From assembly GCA_963751425.1 (NCBI GenBank), contig CAVVUF010000002.1, positions 1,790,717-1,854,716 of the forward strand: 64,000 bases of DNA, read 5' to 3'. Position numbers and translations under genes: made by a program. Origin of the DNA: an uncultured Chloroflexia bacterium (GTDB lineage: Bacteria; Chloroflexota; Anaerolineae; Anaerolineales; UBA4823). Positions 20,863-30,991 of the stretch are shown in pieces. Position 1 is the first letter of the stretch, and each line of letters starts with the position of its first letter. Under the pieces are notes generated by a model. It ran no database searches. It worked only from the letters and a program-made list of their open reading frames with translations, and was not told where the DNA came from.

Positions 20863-22523
20863 ATGAAGAATTTTAAATACATTTTTCGCTGCCTGACAGT
20901 CTTGTTGATAATCAGTGGATTTTTTTCTATTCATGTTATGGCATCTCCACACAGCCAGACGGGGGATTTCCCCCAAAAAAAATACCAAGATCCCTTGGAT
21001 TTCCCTGAAGAGGAAAATTCACTTCTGACGCCTCAGACAAACGCAGCGCCTCCAGCCCATTTCGGCCTGCCCACAGAGACCTTTCCGATCTCACTCGTAC
21101 ATATCGAAGTCGAACTCAAACAAAAAATTGAATACGCTGCAAGAATTGGGTTTTGCATGCGACAAATTGGAGGGGTGTGAAGTAGAGATCGACCAAGCCG
21201 CGCTAACCACGCTGAAATTGTTTGGATTTAAATATGAAATCCTGCGCAAAGGGATAGCCGTTCAGATCGATCCGGGCATCGACGCGCCGGATGCATTAGT
21301 CAACAGAGCGGGTGGAAATGATACTGATTACAATATACCAGATTCGACTACCTCCACTTGTGGCTCCGTTGAATTCATCCGTAACTCATCAGCGATGCGC
21401 CAACTGGCGCGACCGTTGATTACGTTGAGTATCGTATCCGTGTGCTGCACACCTGGCCTAGCGATCTGCGGCTGTACCTCAGCAGTCAGAATAACAGTGA
21501 GATTATCTGGGATTTCTTGGGTGGATCGGACGATGGTGGAAAAGATGATGATGTTGAGAATGATGATGATATTTATCTCAATCACCGGCTTATCAACACG
21601 ACATTTGATGGCGAGTCAGTCAACCAGGACTGGTATTTATTCGCCTTTGACTGCGTGCCAGGCGATACCGGAAACATCGATTATCTCGAAGTATGGATCT
21701 GGTATGATGGGGTGGGTCTGCTTTTACCCAACCTGACGCCGTATTGCCCCGCGATTGGGATTTTCCCATCGTGCCCAGCTCTGTAAGCGGAACGAACACT
21801 GTAAACGATTTATTTACCACGAAAACTACCTACATCGACTGGGCCGTGATCAACAATGGCAGCGCCGTGGCGCCCGTTTTTGACACGTGTTTATTCCTGG
21901 ATGCTTCCTTATTGAACTGTTGGTCTACAAGTGAAGGGCTGGAGATCAATTGGTATCTTTATTTAACGGACTGGGTTATTAACATTACTCCCTCCATCGG
22001 CTGGCATACTCTAAAAATCAAGGCAGATTATTTAGAGGGAGTGGATAATGGAAAGGTTCAGGAATCCAACGAGAATGATAATATCTGGAGTTATGATTTT
22101 TATTGGAATCCTTCCCAACGATACACTTACCTGCCATTCGTTTCGTTTAGAACGAAAACTTTTTTTGAGGGTCCGTTTGAGCTGGAACCTAATAACAAAT
22201 ACACACAAGCAAACGGACCGATCCGCTCTGGACAAGATTACCAGGGATACCCTGATGATGTCAATGATTATTTTAGCTTTACGACGGGTACGACCGGAGA
22301 TATTGCGATTAACTTGAGCAATCATACCGGTAATGGAGTGCAGGTGATTCTATATTATCAGTCAACTGCACAGCGGGTTGATCCAGTTTGTCAGAAGCCT
22401 GATGGTGGAACTTCTTGTGTAATCACTTATCCAGCTCGACCAGGCGGTTTATATTATTTACGAATCTATACGGTTTCGAATTTCAACACAACCCCGTATA
22501 CACTGAGGGTGACGTATCCGTAA
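20863..22523 (+). pseudogene. Secreted multidomain protein (signal peptide, proprotein-convertase P-domain-like, CARDB-like, pre-peptidase C-terminal (PPC) domain) broken into 4 ORFs by at least 3 frameshifts
   Basis: ORFs 20863..21180 (signal peptide 'MKNFKYIFRCLTVLLIISGFFSIHVMA'), 21128..21736, 21442..21786 ('YRIRVLHTWPSDLRLYLSSQNNSEIIWDF..GSDDGG' P-domain-like) and 21744..22523 ('TYIDWAVINNGSAVAPVFD' CARDB-like; 'EPNNKYTQANGPIRSGQDY..DDVNDYFSF...YYLRIYTVSNFNTTPYTLRV' PPC domain). They are in frames 1,2,1,0 and each continues the previous one. No protease catalytic domain was seen. Confidence 0.45.
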
Positions 22524-22604
22524 CTGCCCTCACCCCTGGCCACTCTCCCGGTGGGCGAGGGGTAAGGCAGGGAGACCCTGCCCCTACGTACCTCTCATCC
22601 CTGA

Positions 22605-23540
22605 TCAACGCCACTCGCTGCAGGCCACCTCTTCACCGCGGTCGAGGCAGGCGAAGCAGTCATCGCAGTACTGGCATTGAACGATCTCGTCCAGGCGGTC
22701 TTCCTGCACCTTGTGGGGCCAGTCGGGGTCGGCGATCAGCCCGCGGCCAACGGCTACCAGGTCGGCGCGCTTTTCGCGCAGCACCTCCAGGGCGCGGGCG
22801 GGTTGGTCCAGCTCGTTGACGGCGATGACCGGGATGCCCAACCCCATGAAGGGGGCGGCGCGGTCGCCTGGGGCGCTCTTGCTGGAAGGCGAGAGATCGA
22901 GGATATCCAGGCCACGCTCGATCAGAGCTGTCGCCAGATCGAGGCTCTCCGGGATGCCGTAACCTGCCCGGACAGGCGAGTGGCGGTAAAGCAGCAGCGC
23001 ACCAGCCTGTGCAACCAACGGCTGGAGCAGATCACATATCTCTACCGCCAGGCGCATGCGCCCCTCGAGCGTCCCGCCGTAAGCATCCGTGCGTTGGTTC
23101 TGCTCGGGGGAGAAGAACTGGTTGAGCAGGAAGCCATGCGCCCCGTGCGGCTCGAGACCGTCGAAGCCAGCCGCCAGGCACATCTCAGCCGCGAACCGGT
23201 ACTGCTCGAGCAGCGAGTGGATATCCTCCAGGCTGAGGTGAGCGGGTTTAGTTTTTTGGCCTCGCCAGCCCGGGAAGATCTGGATGGCAGCCAGGGCACC
23301 GCCCTGGTGGATACCCTCGACCAGGGGCTTGAGGTTCTCGACAGTATATTCTTTTCCAAACAGCACACTGTCAGCGGCTTCAACGATCACGAGGGATACG
23401 CCGCCGCGGGCATGGCGTGCGTACCACTCCCAGCCGGCGGGCTTGTGGATGCCGCGGTTGACAACCATGGGCGGCATGACAATGCGGTTGCGGAAGGTTT
23501 TTCCTTTAATTTGCAGTGGTTGGAAGAGTAGCTCGTACAT
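22605..23540 (-). CDS. Old Yellow Enzyme family FMN-dependent NADH:flavin oxidoreductase with a C-terminal Cys cluster
   Basis: 'FRNRIVMPPM', 'HGAHGFLLNQFFSP..N.RTDAYGG' OYE signature. C-terminal 'CQYCDDCFACL' . Start at ATG 23540 (MYELLF...). Confidence 0.75.
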   Translation of the reverse strand: MYELLFQPLQIKGKTFRNRIVMPPMVVNRGIHKPAGWEWYARHARGGVSLVIVEAADSVLFGKEYTVENLKPLVEGIHQGGALAAIQIFPGWRGQKTKPAHLSLEDIHSLLEQYRFAAEMCLAAGFDGLEPHGAHGFLLNQFFSPEQNQRTDAYGGTLEGRMRLAVEICDLLQPLVAQAGALLLYRHSPVRAGYGIPESLDLATALIERGLDILDLSPSSKSAPGDRAAPFMGLGIPVIAVNELDQPARALEVLREKRADLVAVGRGLIADPDWPHKVQEDRLDEIVQCQYCDDCFACLDRGEEVACSEWR

Positions 23541-23541
23541 A

Positions 23542-24234
23542 TTATTCCGGCAGCGGTTTTTCGGTTTTCCTGGCAGTATCAATCACCCGCCCGTAGGGGT
23601 TGATGACTTCGCAGGCAGTGACTGCCCCGGCAGAGTCTGTGACAAAACGGATGTGGTAGAGGACATTATCCTTGGGGAAGCATTCTGTCTCAGAAGCCGG
23701 TAAAACCTGTTCTTCAAATTGATATTCCGGAATGCAATGGAAAAGCTCGCCTTCCTTGACGCGGAAATGGTGTTCTTCATTGGGTGGAACCACGTAAACC
23801 CCTACCAGGCGCTCCAGGGCAAAAGGAGACAGCTCGATAGGCTGAGGTTCTGCGATCTCTTTGCCAAGGGTGTGCAGCACAATGCGGAAAGTGAGCTCTT
23901 CAGTATTTTTACCAGCGCCAGTATTATTGGACAGCACAACTACGAAGAGCTGCTCCTGAGGGATGCGAACAGCACTACAAACAAATCCATGTATACCGCC
24001 GTCGTGGCGGATCCATTTTAGCCCGGCGTAATCTTCGATTGCCCAGCCGTAGCCGTAGTAGGTGGAAGAGCCATCATTGAGGGTAAAGGGCGTCCAGGCT
24101 TGGGCAAGCGAGGCAGGCTTGACCAGCCGATCGGTATACAGAGCTGCGTCCCAGAGTGCCAGGTCATCCACAGTGGAAGACAGCACCCCGGCGCCACCAG
24201 GGTGGGTCATGCTTAAAATCGGGGCAATTCGCAT
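23542..24234 (-). CDS. C-terminal part of the same beta-lactamase-family hydrolase plus an extra C-terminal domain
   Basis: 'HPGGAGVLSSTVDDLALWDAAL' and 'HDGGIHGF' (KTG-equivalent region) continue the class-C fold. The frame differs from the upstream piece, with the junction in 24195-24225 across c4/t4 runs. Confidence 0.6.
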   Translation of the reverse strand: MRIAPILSMTHPGGAGVLSSTVDDLALWDAALYTDRLVKPASLAQAWTPFTLNDGSSTYYGYGWAIEDYAGLKWIRHDGGIHGFVCSAVRIPQEQLFVVVLSNNTGAGKNTEELTFRIVLHTLGKEIAEPQPIELSPFALERLVGVYVVPPNEEHHFRVKEGELFHCIPEYQFEEQVLPASETECFPKDNVLYHIRFVTDSAGAVTACEVINPYGRVIDTARKTEKPLPE

Positions 24235-24865
24235 AGCCGTCCTTATCCTTGTTGTAGCCGCTGGCGCGCCTGGGGATGAGGCGTTGGGCAGTATAGCCGT
24301 AGGTGTGGCTCATCCCCAGCGGGTCGAAGATGTGCTTCTGCAGGAATTCTTCATAGGTGCCACCAGATAGTTTGGCGATTATGGCGCCGAGTAGGAAGTA
24401 GGCTGAGTTGTTATACGCGTAACGCATACCGGGGGCGAAGTCCATGGGCTTATATTTAAAGCTTTCAATTAATTCTGCGACGGTATAGTCTTTGCCGAAG
24501 GTGGGCGGCCACTCGGGCAGGCTGGTATAGGATTTGATGCCAGAAGTATGGGTGAGGAGGTGCTCGATGGTGATGCGATGCCCGTGTGTGGGGTATTCGG
24601 GCAGGAATTTCTCGATAGGATCGCTGAGGGCAAGCTTACCTTCCTCTGCCAGCATGAGGATCGAGACGGCGGTGAACTGCTTGGTGACCGAGCCGACTTT
24701 GAAGACCGTCTCGGGTTGGATTGGCACATTTAACTCTACGTTCGCCAGCCCGTAACCCTTGCGGTGCAGGACCTGGCCATCCTTGACCAAGATAACGGCA
24801 GCGCCAGGGCCGTTGGGCGGGTAGGTGGCAGCCAACAAAGTATCGATGGATTGAATTTCAGACAT
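24164..24865 (-). CDS. Serine beta-lactamase/PBP4-like (AmpC-type, PF00144) hydrolase, N-terminal part (frameshifted)
   Basis: 'FKVGSVTKQFTA' (SxxK active-site Ser), 'YAYNNSAYFLLG' (YxN). The translation becomes junk after 'KDKDGYANCP'. Confidence 0.7.
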   Translation of the reverse strand: MSEIQSIDTLLAATYPPNGPGAAVILVKDGQVLHRKGYGLANVELNVPIQPETVFKVGSVTKQFTAVSILMLAEEGKLALSDPIEKFLPEYPTHGHRITIEHLLTHTSGIKSYTSLPEWPPTFGKDYTVAELIESFKYKPMDFAPGMRYAYNNSAYFLLGAIIAKLSGGTYEEFLQKHIFDPLGMSHTYGYTAQRLIPRRASGYNKDKDGYANCPDFKHDPPWWRRGAVFHCG

Positions 24866-24909
24866 AGTTGCCTCCGGGGGAATATGGGTCGGATCTGGTT
24901 ACTCCAAGA

Positions 24910-25935
24910 CTATTGGTCGATGACCCACAGCCACGTATTATCAAACTTGCACTCAGAAAGCCCGGCTTCGCTCAATACACTGAGTCCCAGAAATCCATTG
25001 GTAAAAATGGCCTGATTCTGAGAATAGTTATTTAAAGCATTGCTATACTGAGTTTGCATCTGCTTAACGTAATCCTTATATTGTTCTGCCTGCTCAAGGT
25101 ATTGATCCATCGCCGCCTGGCCTTCGCTGCTGGGCGGTTTGACCGGTGGCGCTGGCATTTGGATCGGGGTTGGCGGTTGGGTGGTATCCACCTCTGCAAT
25201 CTTGGCTTGGTTAGAATAGAACTCGAGAATATTTCCACGGGCGACAACTGCAATCCGGTTCGTTGCCCCATTATCAGAATTGAAAGATTTATCGTTATCT
25301 TTGGGATAAAAATCGTGGATATTCGCCAGCTCGCCGTTGACTAGAGCGGTAAATACTGCGTGACCCGTGGCAACCCGGCTGATGATGAACATATAGGCGT
25401 CCGGTTTATTGGGATCGCCATTCAGGCGAAACATAAACCCACAGCCGGAGGCATAGCGGGAATCCCAGGTAACATCGCTGGCTAAGACGAAATCGGCAGC
25501 AGTAACGGGTGCCATGGTAATTTTCGTTTGCTGGTAGCCTGTGACGGTTAAAGTCTGGGTCGTGGTGATCCAGCCGACATGACCAAGGGTGGTGTCAACA
25601 TTGTAAAAAGCCAGCTCAGCCAGGATTGGCGCAGAAGCGGTTGCTGTGGCGTTCTTGTTGGTATCCACGCTGGTCGCCCGCACAGCCTGGGTGCTTTGGA
25701 TGGCCCGTGTGGTAGCGGTGGCACGCGCTTCTGCAGTTTCCAGGTCAATAGATGTCTGGTCGCCTTTGAGTGCATCGGCAGTGGCGGTTCCGACAATGGC
25801 TCTGCTCATGGCGGTTAAGGTAAGGTCCGGCTGTGCCTCTGCATCTGGACGGGAAAAATTGCAGGAGAGCATGACCAACCCAAACAAGATGAGCGGTGGG
25901 AGCAGGAGGATCTTCATCTTTATCGGTGTGTTCAT
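24910..25935 (-). CDS. Secreted/lipoprotein hypothetical protein
   Basis: Signal peptide 'MKILLLPPLILFGLVMLSC' with a lipobox-like LSC. No recognisable domain. Confidence 0.4.
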   Translation of the reverse strand: MNTPIKMKILLLPPLILFGLVMLSCNFSRPDAEAQPDLTLTAMSRAIVGTATADALKGDQTSIDLETAEARATATTRAIQSTQAVRATSVDTNKNATATASAPILAELAFYNVDTTLGHVGWITTTQTLTVTGYQQTKITMAPVTAADFVLASDVTWDSRYASGCGFMFRLNGDPNKPDAYMFIISRVATGHAVFTALVNGELANIHDFYPKDNDKSFNSDNGATNRIAVVARGNILEFYSNQAKIAEVDTTQPPTPIQMPAPPVKPPSSEGQAAMDQYLEQAEQYKDYVKQMQTQYSNALNNYSQNQAIFTNGFLGLSVLSEAGLSECKFDNTWLWVIDQ

Positions 25936-26113
25936 ATCTTCTCCTCAGCGGATGTCCTTCCGCTTGATCAGGAACAGAATCAAGGCAATATACACAGTGA
26001 TAATGATCAATTGGGAGCGCCAAGTGCCGAAGAGCCAGGGGAGATAAGTGGACTTATCTTCTTTATTGACCCAGATCCAACCAAACTGCTCACTGACGCC
26101 CTCGATCAATCCC

Positions 26114-29100
26114 TCAGCTCTTTCCGCTGCGCCAGATCTTCTCGATTTCATAGCTGACCAGATCTTCTTGATACTTTGCCATTTTAGCCTGGTATTCGTC
26201 TCCCTGGGCTTTGTACAAATCGATTTGGCTTTCGTATTCTGCCTGGATCTGGTCCACATCTTTCATATACGAATCCAAGGCGTTGAGGAACCCGACCATG
26301 GCAACCTGATCGGTCGGATCCTCTGGTTTTTCGGGTCGTGGAGGAAACTCTGGGCGAGGGGGTTCTGATCCCAGCTCAGCCGGCTCGACTGGCTCGGCTT
26401 CGTCGACTGCTGAGACATAATAGGAACCAACCCCGGGAAAATCGCACGAACCCGGCTTAAAGACATTCAATCCAAGGCACCGGCACCCGAACTGCTCTTT
26501 TTGATCCAGAGTCATGATATCTTTGATGTCAAACTCAAGCTTCCAGCAAGGGTCTGCAGCTACATCCGATCCAACACCTAAGATCCCCACCACACCTTCT
26601 AATGCCCAGCGGATGGAAGCGATCTGGCTAATCTTGGATGGCACGGGGCTCAGCACGCCGCTCAAAACGATCTGCGGGATGATAAACATGATCATGATCA
26701 TTGGAGCCGAGCTGGCGGCGGGAGATATTGCTGAGGCCAGCAAACCACAGATCATGCCCGATAAAACCGCTAAGAATAGGGTGATATACAGCAGCAGATA
26801 TTCAGGCCCGTGAATTGGCATCTTAAAGGCGATGGATTGCAGCACGGTATATGCCAGCGCATGGAACAGAGCCAACAAAATTGCTACCCAAATTTTCGAT
26901 CCAACGTAAGGGAAGATTTTCAGGTTCACCAACCGCTCTCGTTTGTAGATGTCGGTCTCCTTCACAAATTCTCTCATTTGAGACAATCCACCGACCAGCA
27001 AGCAGTACAAGGTGAGAAGGAAAAAGGCAATGATTCCGTTGTTCGCGTCGCCATTGACCCAATCGAAGGGTTTATTGCCCATCAAGGGCGCGATGACGAG
27101 GCTTAACATGCCAACGGCTGGGGCAATGAAAATCATCAAAATCATACTGGAACGGTCGCGCGAAAGGATCCTTAAATTTCTCGCGGATAATACAATGAAC
27201 TGTTGCAGCGAGGATACCCTGGCTCTCGAGCGTTTCTTGCGCTTGGTTTCTTTTTTTGTTTGAACCTGGGCAGCCAGCGGTAAACCATTTTGGTCAAGTT
27301 TCAAAGGCTCTGCAATATACTTCTGGTATGCCGGGCATTCTTGAAAGCGTTTGGCCCAATCCTGTGCCGAACCCTTCGATGGATCGTCCAGGATGGCGTA
27401 GATTTGGTCAAATTCCATCGTGCTGGAGCGCTGCTCACGCTCTGTACGGTATTGATCAAAATATGCCAGGGCTTCATCGGGTGGACCGAACCATGCCAGG
27501 TAGCCCCCACGAGCCAGGAATACGACCTTATCTGCCAACATGACATTCTTGGTAGCATGCGTAACCATAATAATGGTGCGACCCTGGTCAGCTAACCGGC
27601 GGCACAGGTGCATGAAAGCCGTTTCAGTGCCTGGGTCCAGGCCAGAAGTGGGTTCATCCAGAAAGAATAACCCGGGACGGGTGATCAGCTCGACGCCGAT
27701 TGAGACCCGTTTCTGCTGTCCTCCGCTCAAGGAGCTGATCTGGTTGTCCTTTCGGTGTGCCAGGTCGAGGTCGTCCAGTACTTCCATGATCCGTTTATGG
27801 CGTTCCGCCTTCGTTGTATCGCGAGGCATGCGCAGTTTCGCGGCGTAGTTCAGAGCCTGGTACACCGTTAACTCCATGTGGATGATATCCCGCTGAGGGA
27901 CAAATCCAATCTCATTGCGGATCGCATCGAAGTTCCGATAGACATCGATGCCATTGACAATCACTTTGCCATGGGTGGCTGGGCGGTACCCGGCGATGGC
28001 ATCTACCAGGGTCGATTTCCCGCCGCCGCTCTGCCCGACAACCACAATGAACTCACGCGGTTGGAAGACAAGCGAGATATTCGCCAGGATGTTGAGGTTC
28101 TTGCGCACCCATTTATTCAATCCCAATGCGGTAACTTGCAGCCCGCTGGTATCGTCGTACTTGACGATTTGATCTTGACCTAGAATAAACCGGTACTGAC
28201 CGATACGAAGGGCATCTTTTGGATTGAGATCTGTTTTCCTACTAATGCGCTCATTGTTGACGAAGGTCCCGTTTGCACTTTGCAGGTCGGTTACGAAGTA
28301 ACGTTTTCCAACTCGCTCGACTTGAGCGTGATAGCGCGAGATCGTGGGCATATCCAGCACTACATCATTCGATGGGTCTCGTCCAAAGGTTAATTTATCT
28401 TTCTGACCAAATTGGATTGCTTGTGCTTGCAGGCTGACCTGCATTTCTGACGTTGATTGGTAGGCAATCGATACCATCATGCCTGGCTCACGGCTGTCAA
28501 TCCGCAAAATATCCCCATGCTGGAGGGACCTGCGCCCAGTCACTGCCCGCCCCTGGCAGGTCAAGGTATTGGTCGCATCGGGTGAGATGATCAATTCATA
28601 CCCGCTGGCTAAACGCTCGATTTCAGCATGGTGCCGGGAGACGAGAGGAGATGGAATCACGATATCGTTATCCTCTGATCTGCCAATGGACATGCGCTCG
28701 CGATCCAGAATGAATGTCTGGGAGGTTTGCCCGGCGATGGTGACAACCAGCTTGGAAGGCTCACTTACACCTTCCATTTTTCCTAAAGACAGGGATTCGA
28801 GCATGGTTTGCCCAAAATCGGGTGGCTTTGCAAGAGATCCAAGGTTCGTAGATCCACTATTTGTGGCCTCAAGGGACGTTTGAGTTTTGGTAATTGATGT
28901 CAATGGCAAGTGCACGATCATAGCCACAGCAGGCGCACTACTTTGACCTTCCATGTGGATTTCATCCCCATCGTGGAGTAGGATCCGTCCGGAACCTGGT
29001 TGGCCGTTGACGATCATGACATTGGCGACACCAGACAGGATAACCAGGTAATAATTGCCTCCCTCAAATTCCAGGCGGGCATGGTGGCGCGAGACGATCC

Positions 29101-29533
29101 CAGAGGAGATCACGATATCATTATCGTCTGCCCTGCCGATCGTCATGCTGTCACTTCGCAGCGGGTAGCGGTTTGTCGCAGTGCCTGAAATGGTAACCTC
29201 TAGGTTCGGAGGGTCTGATTCCTGCAAACCCTCTTGAAAAACCATTAATACCTGGTCCCCGAGGTAGATCTGATCGCCGGACTTGATAGGAACTTTCGCT
29301 TTGATCGGGTCTCCGTTGACAAACGTACCGTTCAGGCTGTTGAGGTCCTCCAGGTAACACTGGCCTCCTTCCAGGGTGATCTGTGCGTGCTGGCGCGATA
29401 CTACTTTATTATCCAGGATGATATCCGCCGGCGCCATGCGTCCGATAACCATGACAGGAGCCTGTAAGTCGATCACCTGTTCCTTGGCCAATCCTTTTTG
29501 CACAATCAAGGATGGTATGCCTGATGAGGTCAT
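26114..29533 (-). CDS. ABC exporter fusion with four N-terminal FHA domains: 4xFHA, then ABC ATPase, then ABC-2/ABCG-type permease (Rv1747-like architecture)
   Basis: Four FHA cores: 'VMVIGRMAPADIILDNKVVSRQHAQI', 'MTIGRADDNDIVISSGIVSRHHARL', 'MSIGRSEDNDIVIPSPLVSRHHAEI', 'LTFGRDPSNDVVLDMPTISRYHAQV'. Walker A 'GQSGGGKST', signature 'LSGGQQKRVSIG', Walker B 'LFFLDEPTSGLD'. About 6 C-terminal TM helices and a coiled-coil tail. Confidence 0.85.
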   Translation of the reverse strand: MTSSGIPSLIVQKGLAKEQVIDLQAPVMVIGRMAPADIILDNKVVSRQHAQITLEGGQCYLEDLNSLNGTFVNGDPIKAKVPIKSGDQIYLGDQVLMVFQEGLQESDPPNLEVTISGTATNRYPLRSDSMTIGRADDNDIVISSGIVSRHHARLEFEGGNYYLVILSGVANVMIVNGQPGSGRILLHDGDEIHMEGQSSAPAVAMIVHLPLTSITKTQTSLEATNSGSTNLGSLAKPPDFGQTMLESLSLGKMEGVSEPSKLVVTIAGQTSQTFILDRERMSIGRSEDNDIVIPSPLVSRHHAEIERLASGYELIISPDATNTLTCQGRAVTGRRSLQHGDILRIDSREPGMMVSIAYQSTSEMQVSLQAQAIQFGQKDKLTFGRDPSNDVVLDMPTISRYHAQVERVGKRYFVTDLQSANGTFVNNERISRKTDLNPKDALRIGQYRFILGQDQIVKYDDTSGLQVTALGLNKWVRKNLNILANISLVFQPREFIVVVGQSGGGKSTLVDAIAGYRPATHGKVIVNGIDVYRNFDAIRNEIGFVPQRDIIHMELTVYQALNYAAKLRMPRDTTKAERHKRIMEVLDDLDLAHRKDNQISSLSGGQQKRVSIGVELITRPGLFFLDEPTSGLDPGTETAFMHLCRRLADQGRTIIMVTHATKNVMLADKVVFLARGGYLAWFGPPDEALAYFDQYRTEREQRSSTMEFDQIYAILDDPSKGSAQDWAKRFQECPAYQKYIAEPLKLDQNGLPLAAQVQTKKETKRKKRSRARVSSLQQFIVLSARNLRILSRDRSSMILMIFIAPAVGMLSLVIAPLMGNKPFDWVNGDANNGIIAFFLLTLYCLLVGGLSQMREFVKETDIYKRERLVNLKIFPYVGSKIWVAILLALFHALAYTVLQSIAFKMPIHGPEYLLLYITLFLAVLSGMICGLLASAISPAASSAPMIMIMFIIPQIVLSGVLSPVPSKISQIASIRWALEGVVGILGVGSDVAADPCWKLEFDIKDIMTLDQKEQFGCRCLGLNVFKPGSCDFPGVGSYYVSAVDEAEPVEPAELGSEPPRPEFPPRPEKPEDPTDQVAMVGFLNALDSYMKDVDQIQAEYESQIDLYKAQGDEYQAKMAKYQEDLVSYEIEKIWRSGKS

Positions 29534-29920
29534 GATTGCATTCTCCCTGACAGAAAATTATGAAAGATCTATGTAAAATATTGGTGGATAATTATCGTGA
29601 ATAAAACGAATAAGGGATTAGGGACTTCAAATGAGGTAAGCCTGGTTTTGCCACAAAATGAACGCGTCACCAAGAAAATATCCAATGGAAAGTTTACTCG
29701 AAATGTTGGTACATGTCGATGATTTTTGGCAGGCTTTTCTGCCCGAACTGGGTTAATCTTTGTTCAGCAGTGGTGCGTTCAAGCGCCGCCGAGAAAGATT
29801 GTTATTATCCCGTTTAGTGGTTTTTCCTTCATCAATTCAACTCCTATGGAATTTAGTCTCAACATTAAAAACAAATCATTTCTTCATGATAACTGAACTT
29901 TTTCTTTAAATCCCTCCGGT

Positions 29921-30763
29921 ATGATGGTGCAAATTACTGATCCAAAACTCTTCAAGAGTTTTCAGATCGATGCAAAGGATTTGACCATCATGAAGACAAA
30001 CAAAAATCAAAATAAATGGCTGATCGATGCCGGGTTGTTTGCCGGTTTTATGATCATGTTTTGGCTCGACCTGACGGGGGTGGCGCTGCACCAGTGGTTG
30101 GGAGTGGCAATTGGAGTGCTGGTTGTTTATCACTTAGTCACCCACTGGAAATGGGTAAAAACGGTTACGGAGCGGTTCTTTAAGCGCACCTCGCAGCAGG
30201 CGCGCCTCTTTTACCTGTTGGATGCTGGGTTGGGGTCAGGTTTTGCCCTGATCCTGGCTACCGGCCTGGTGATCTCTACTTGGTTCTCTTTGTCAATGGA
30301 TAACTATGTTGCCTGGAAAAATGTCCACATTTTAAGTTCCATAGCGGTGCTGTTCTTGCTCGTGGTGAAGATCGGGGCGCATTGGCGCATGATTATGCAG
30401 ACTGCCCGGAAGACGACCTTTGTTTATCAGGAAGCGGCACCCAAACCACGGCCCGCTCAGTCAGTTCAGACGCTTTCGATCGGACGGCGGGATTTCATGA
30501 AATTGATGGGGGTGGTTGGGGCAGCCTCGCTCCTGGCCGCGGGTCGCGCCCTGGATGAGATCGAGGCCGCCTCGAGCAGTGAGGGGAGCTCAGCCCAGTT
30601 GTCCAGCGTGCAGGACTCCTTGTCCTCGACAACCTTGGACAGCAGCTCCACTACCACGCCATGCAGCGTAAGATGCCCGCGCGGCTGCGGTTATCCGGGA
30701 CACTGCCAACGCTATACCGACTCAAATGGGAATCAACGCTGCGATTTTGGGGAGTGTGTGTGA
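29921..30763 (+). CDS. Membrane protein (DUF4405-like, His-containing 4-5 TM domain) with an internal twin-arginine-like motif and a C-terminal Cys-rich module
   Basis: TM helices with conserved His ('VALHQW', 'YHLVTHW', 'GAHW'). Internal 'GRRDFMKLMGVVGAASLLAAGRA' (Tat-signal-like). C-terminal 'CSVRCPRGCGYPGHCQRY..NGNQRCDFGEC'. Confidence 0.4.
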   Translation: MMVQITDPKLFKSFQIDAKDLTIMKTNKNQNKWLIDAGLFAGFMIMFWLDLTGVALHQWLGVAIGVLVVYHLVTHWKWVKTVTERFFKRTSQQARLFYLLDAGLGSGFALILATGLVISTWFSLSMDNYVAWKNVHILSSIAVLFLLVVKIGAHWRMIMQTARKTTFVYQEAAPKPRPAQSVQTLSIGRRDFMKLMGVVGAASLLAAGRALDEIEAASSSEGSSAQLSSVQDSLSSTTLDSSSTTTPCSVRCPRGCGYPGHCQRYTDSNGNQRCDFGECV

Positions 30764-30991
30764 ATTGGCGAAACCTGGGGGAGGTTTAAACGTATAATAT
30801 AACGGAGAGAGAGCAAACTTGTCGATGCCCTTTTCATTGACAGTCACACTATGAATCCACACAAACTGGAAATTGAATAACGCGGAGTCGCGGAGAATGC
30901 TGGGTTTTATCTTGAAAAACTCGGTTTTCTCCGCGTGACAGCGTTAATCTTTTTCAGACCTATCGACAATCGAACTAATCAGGAGGTGTTT

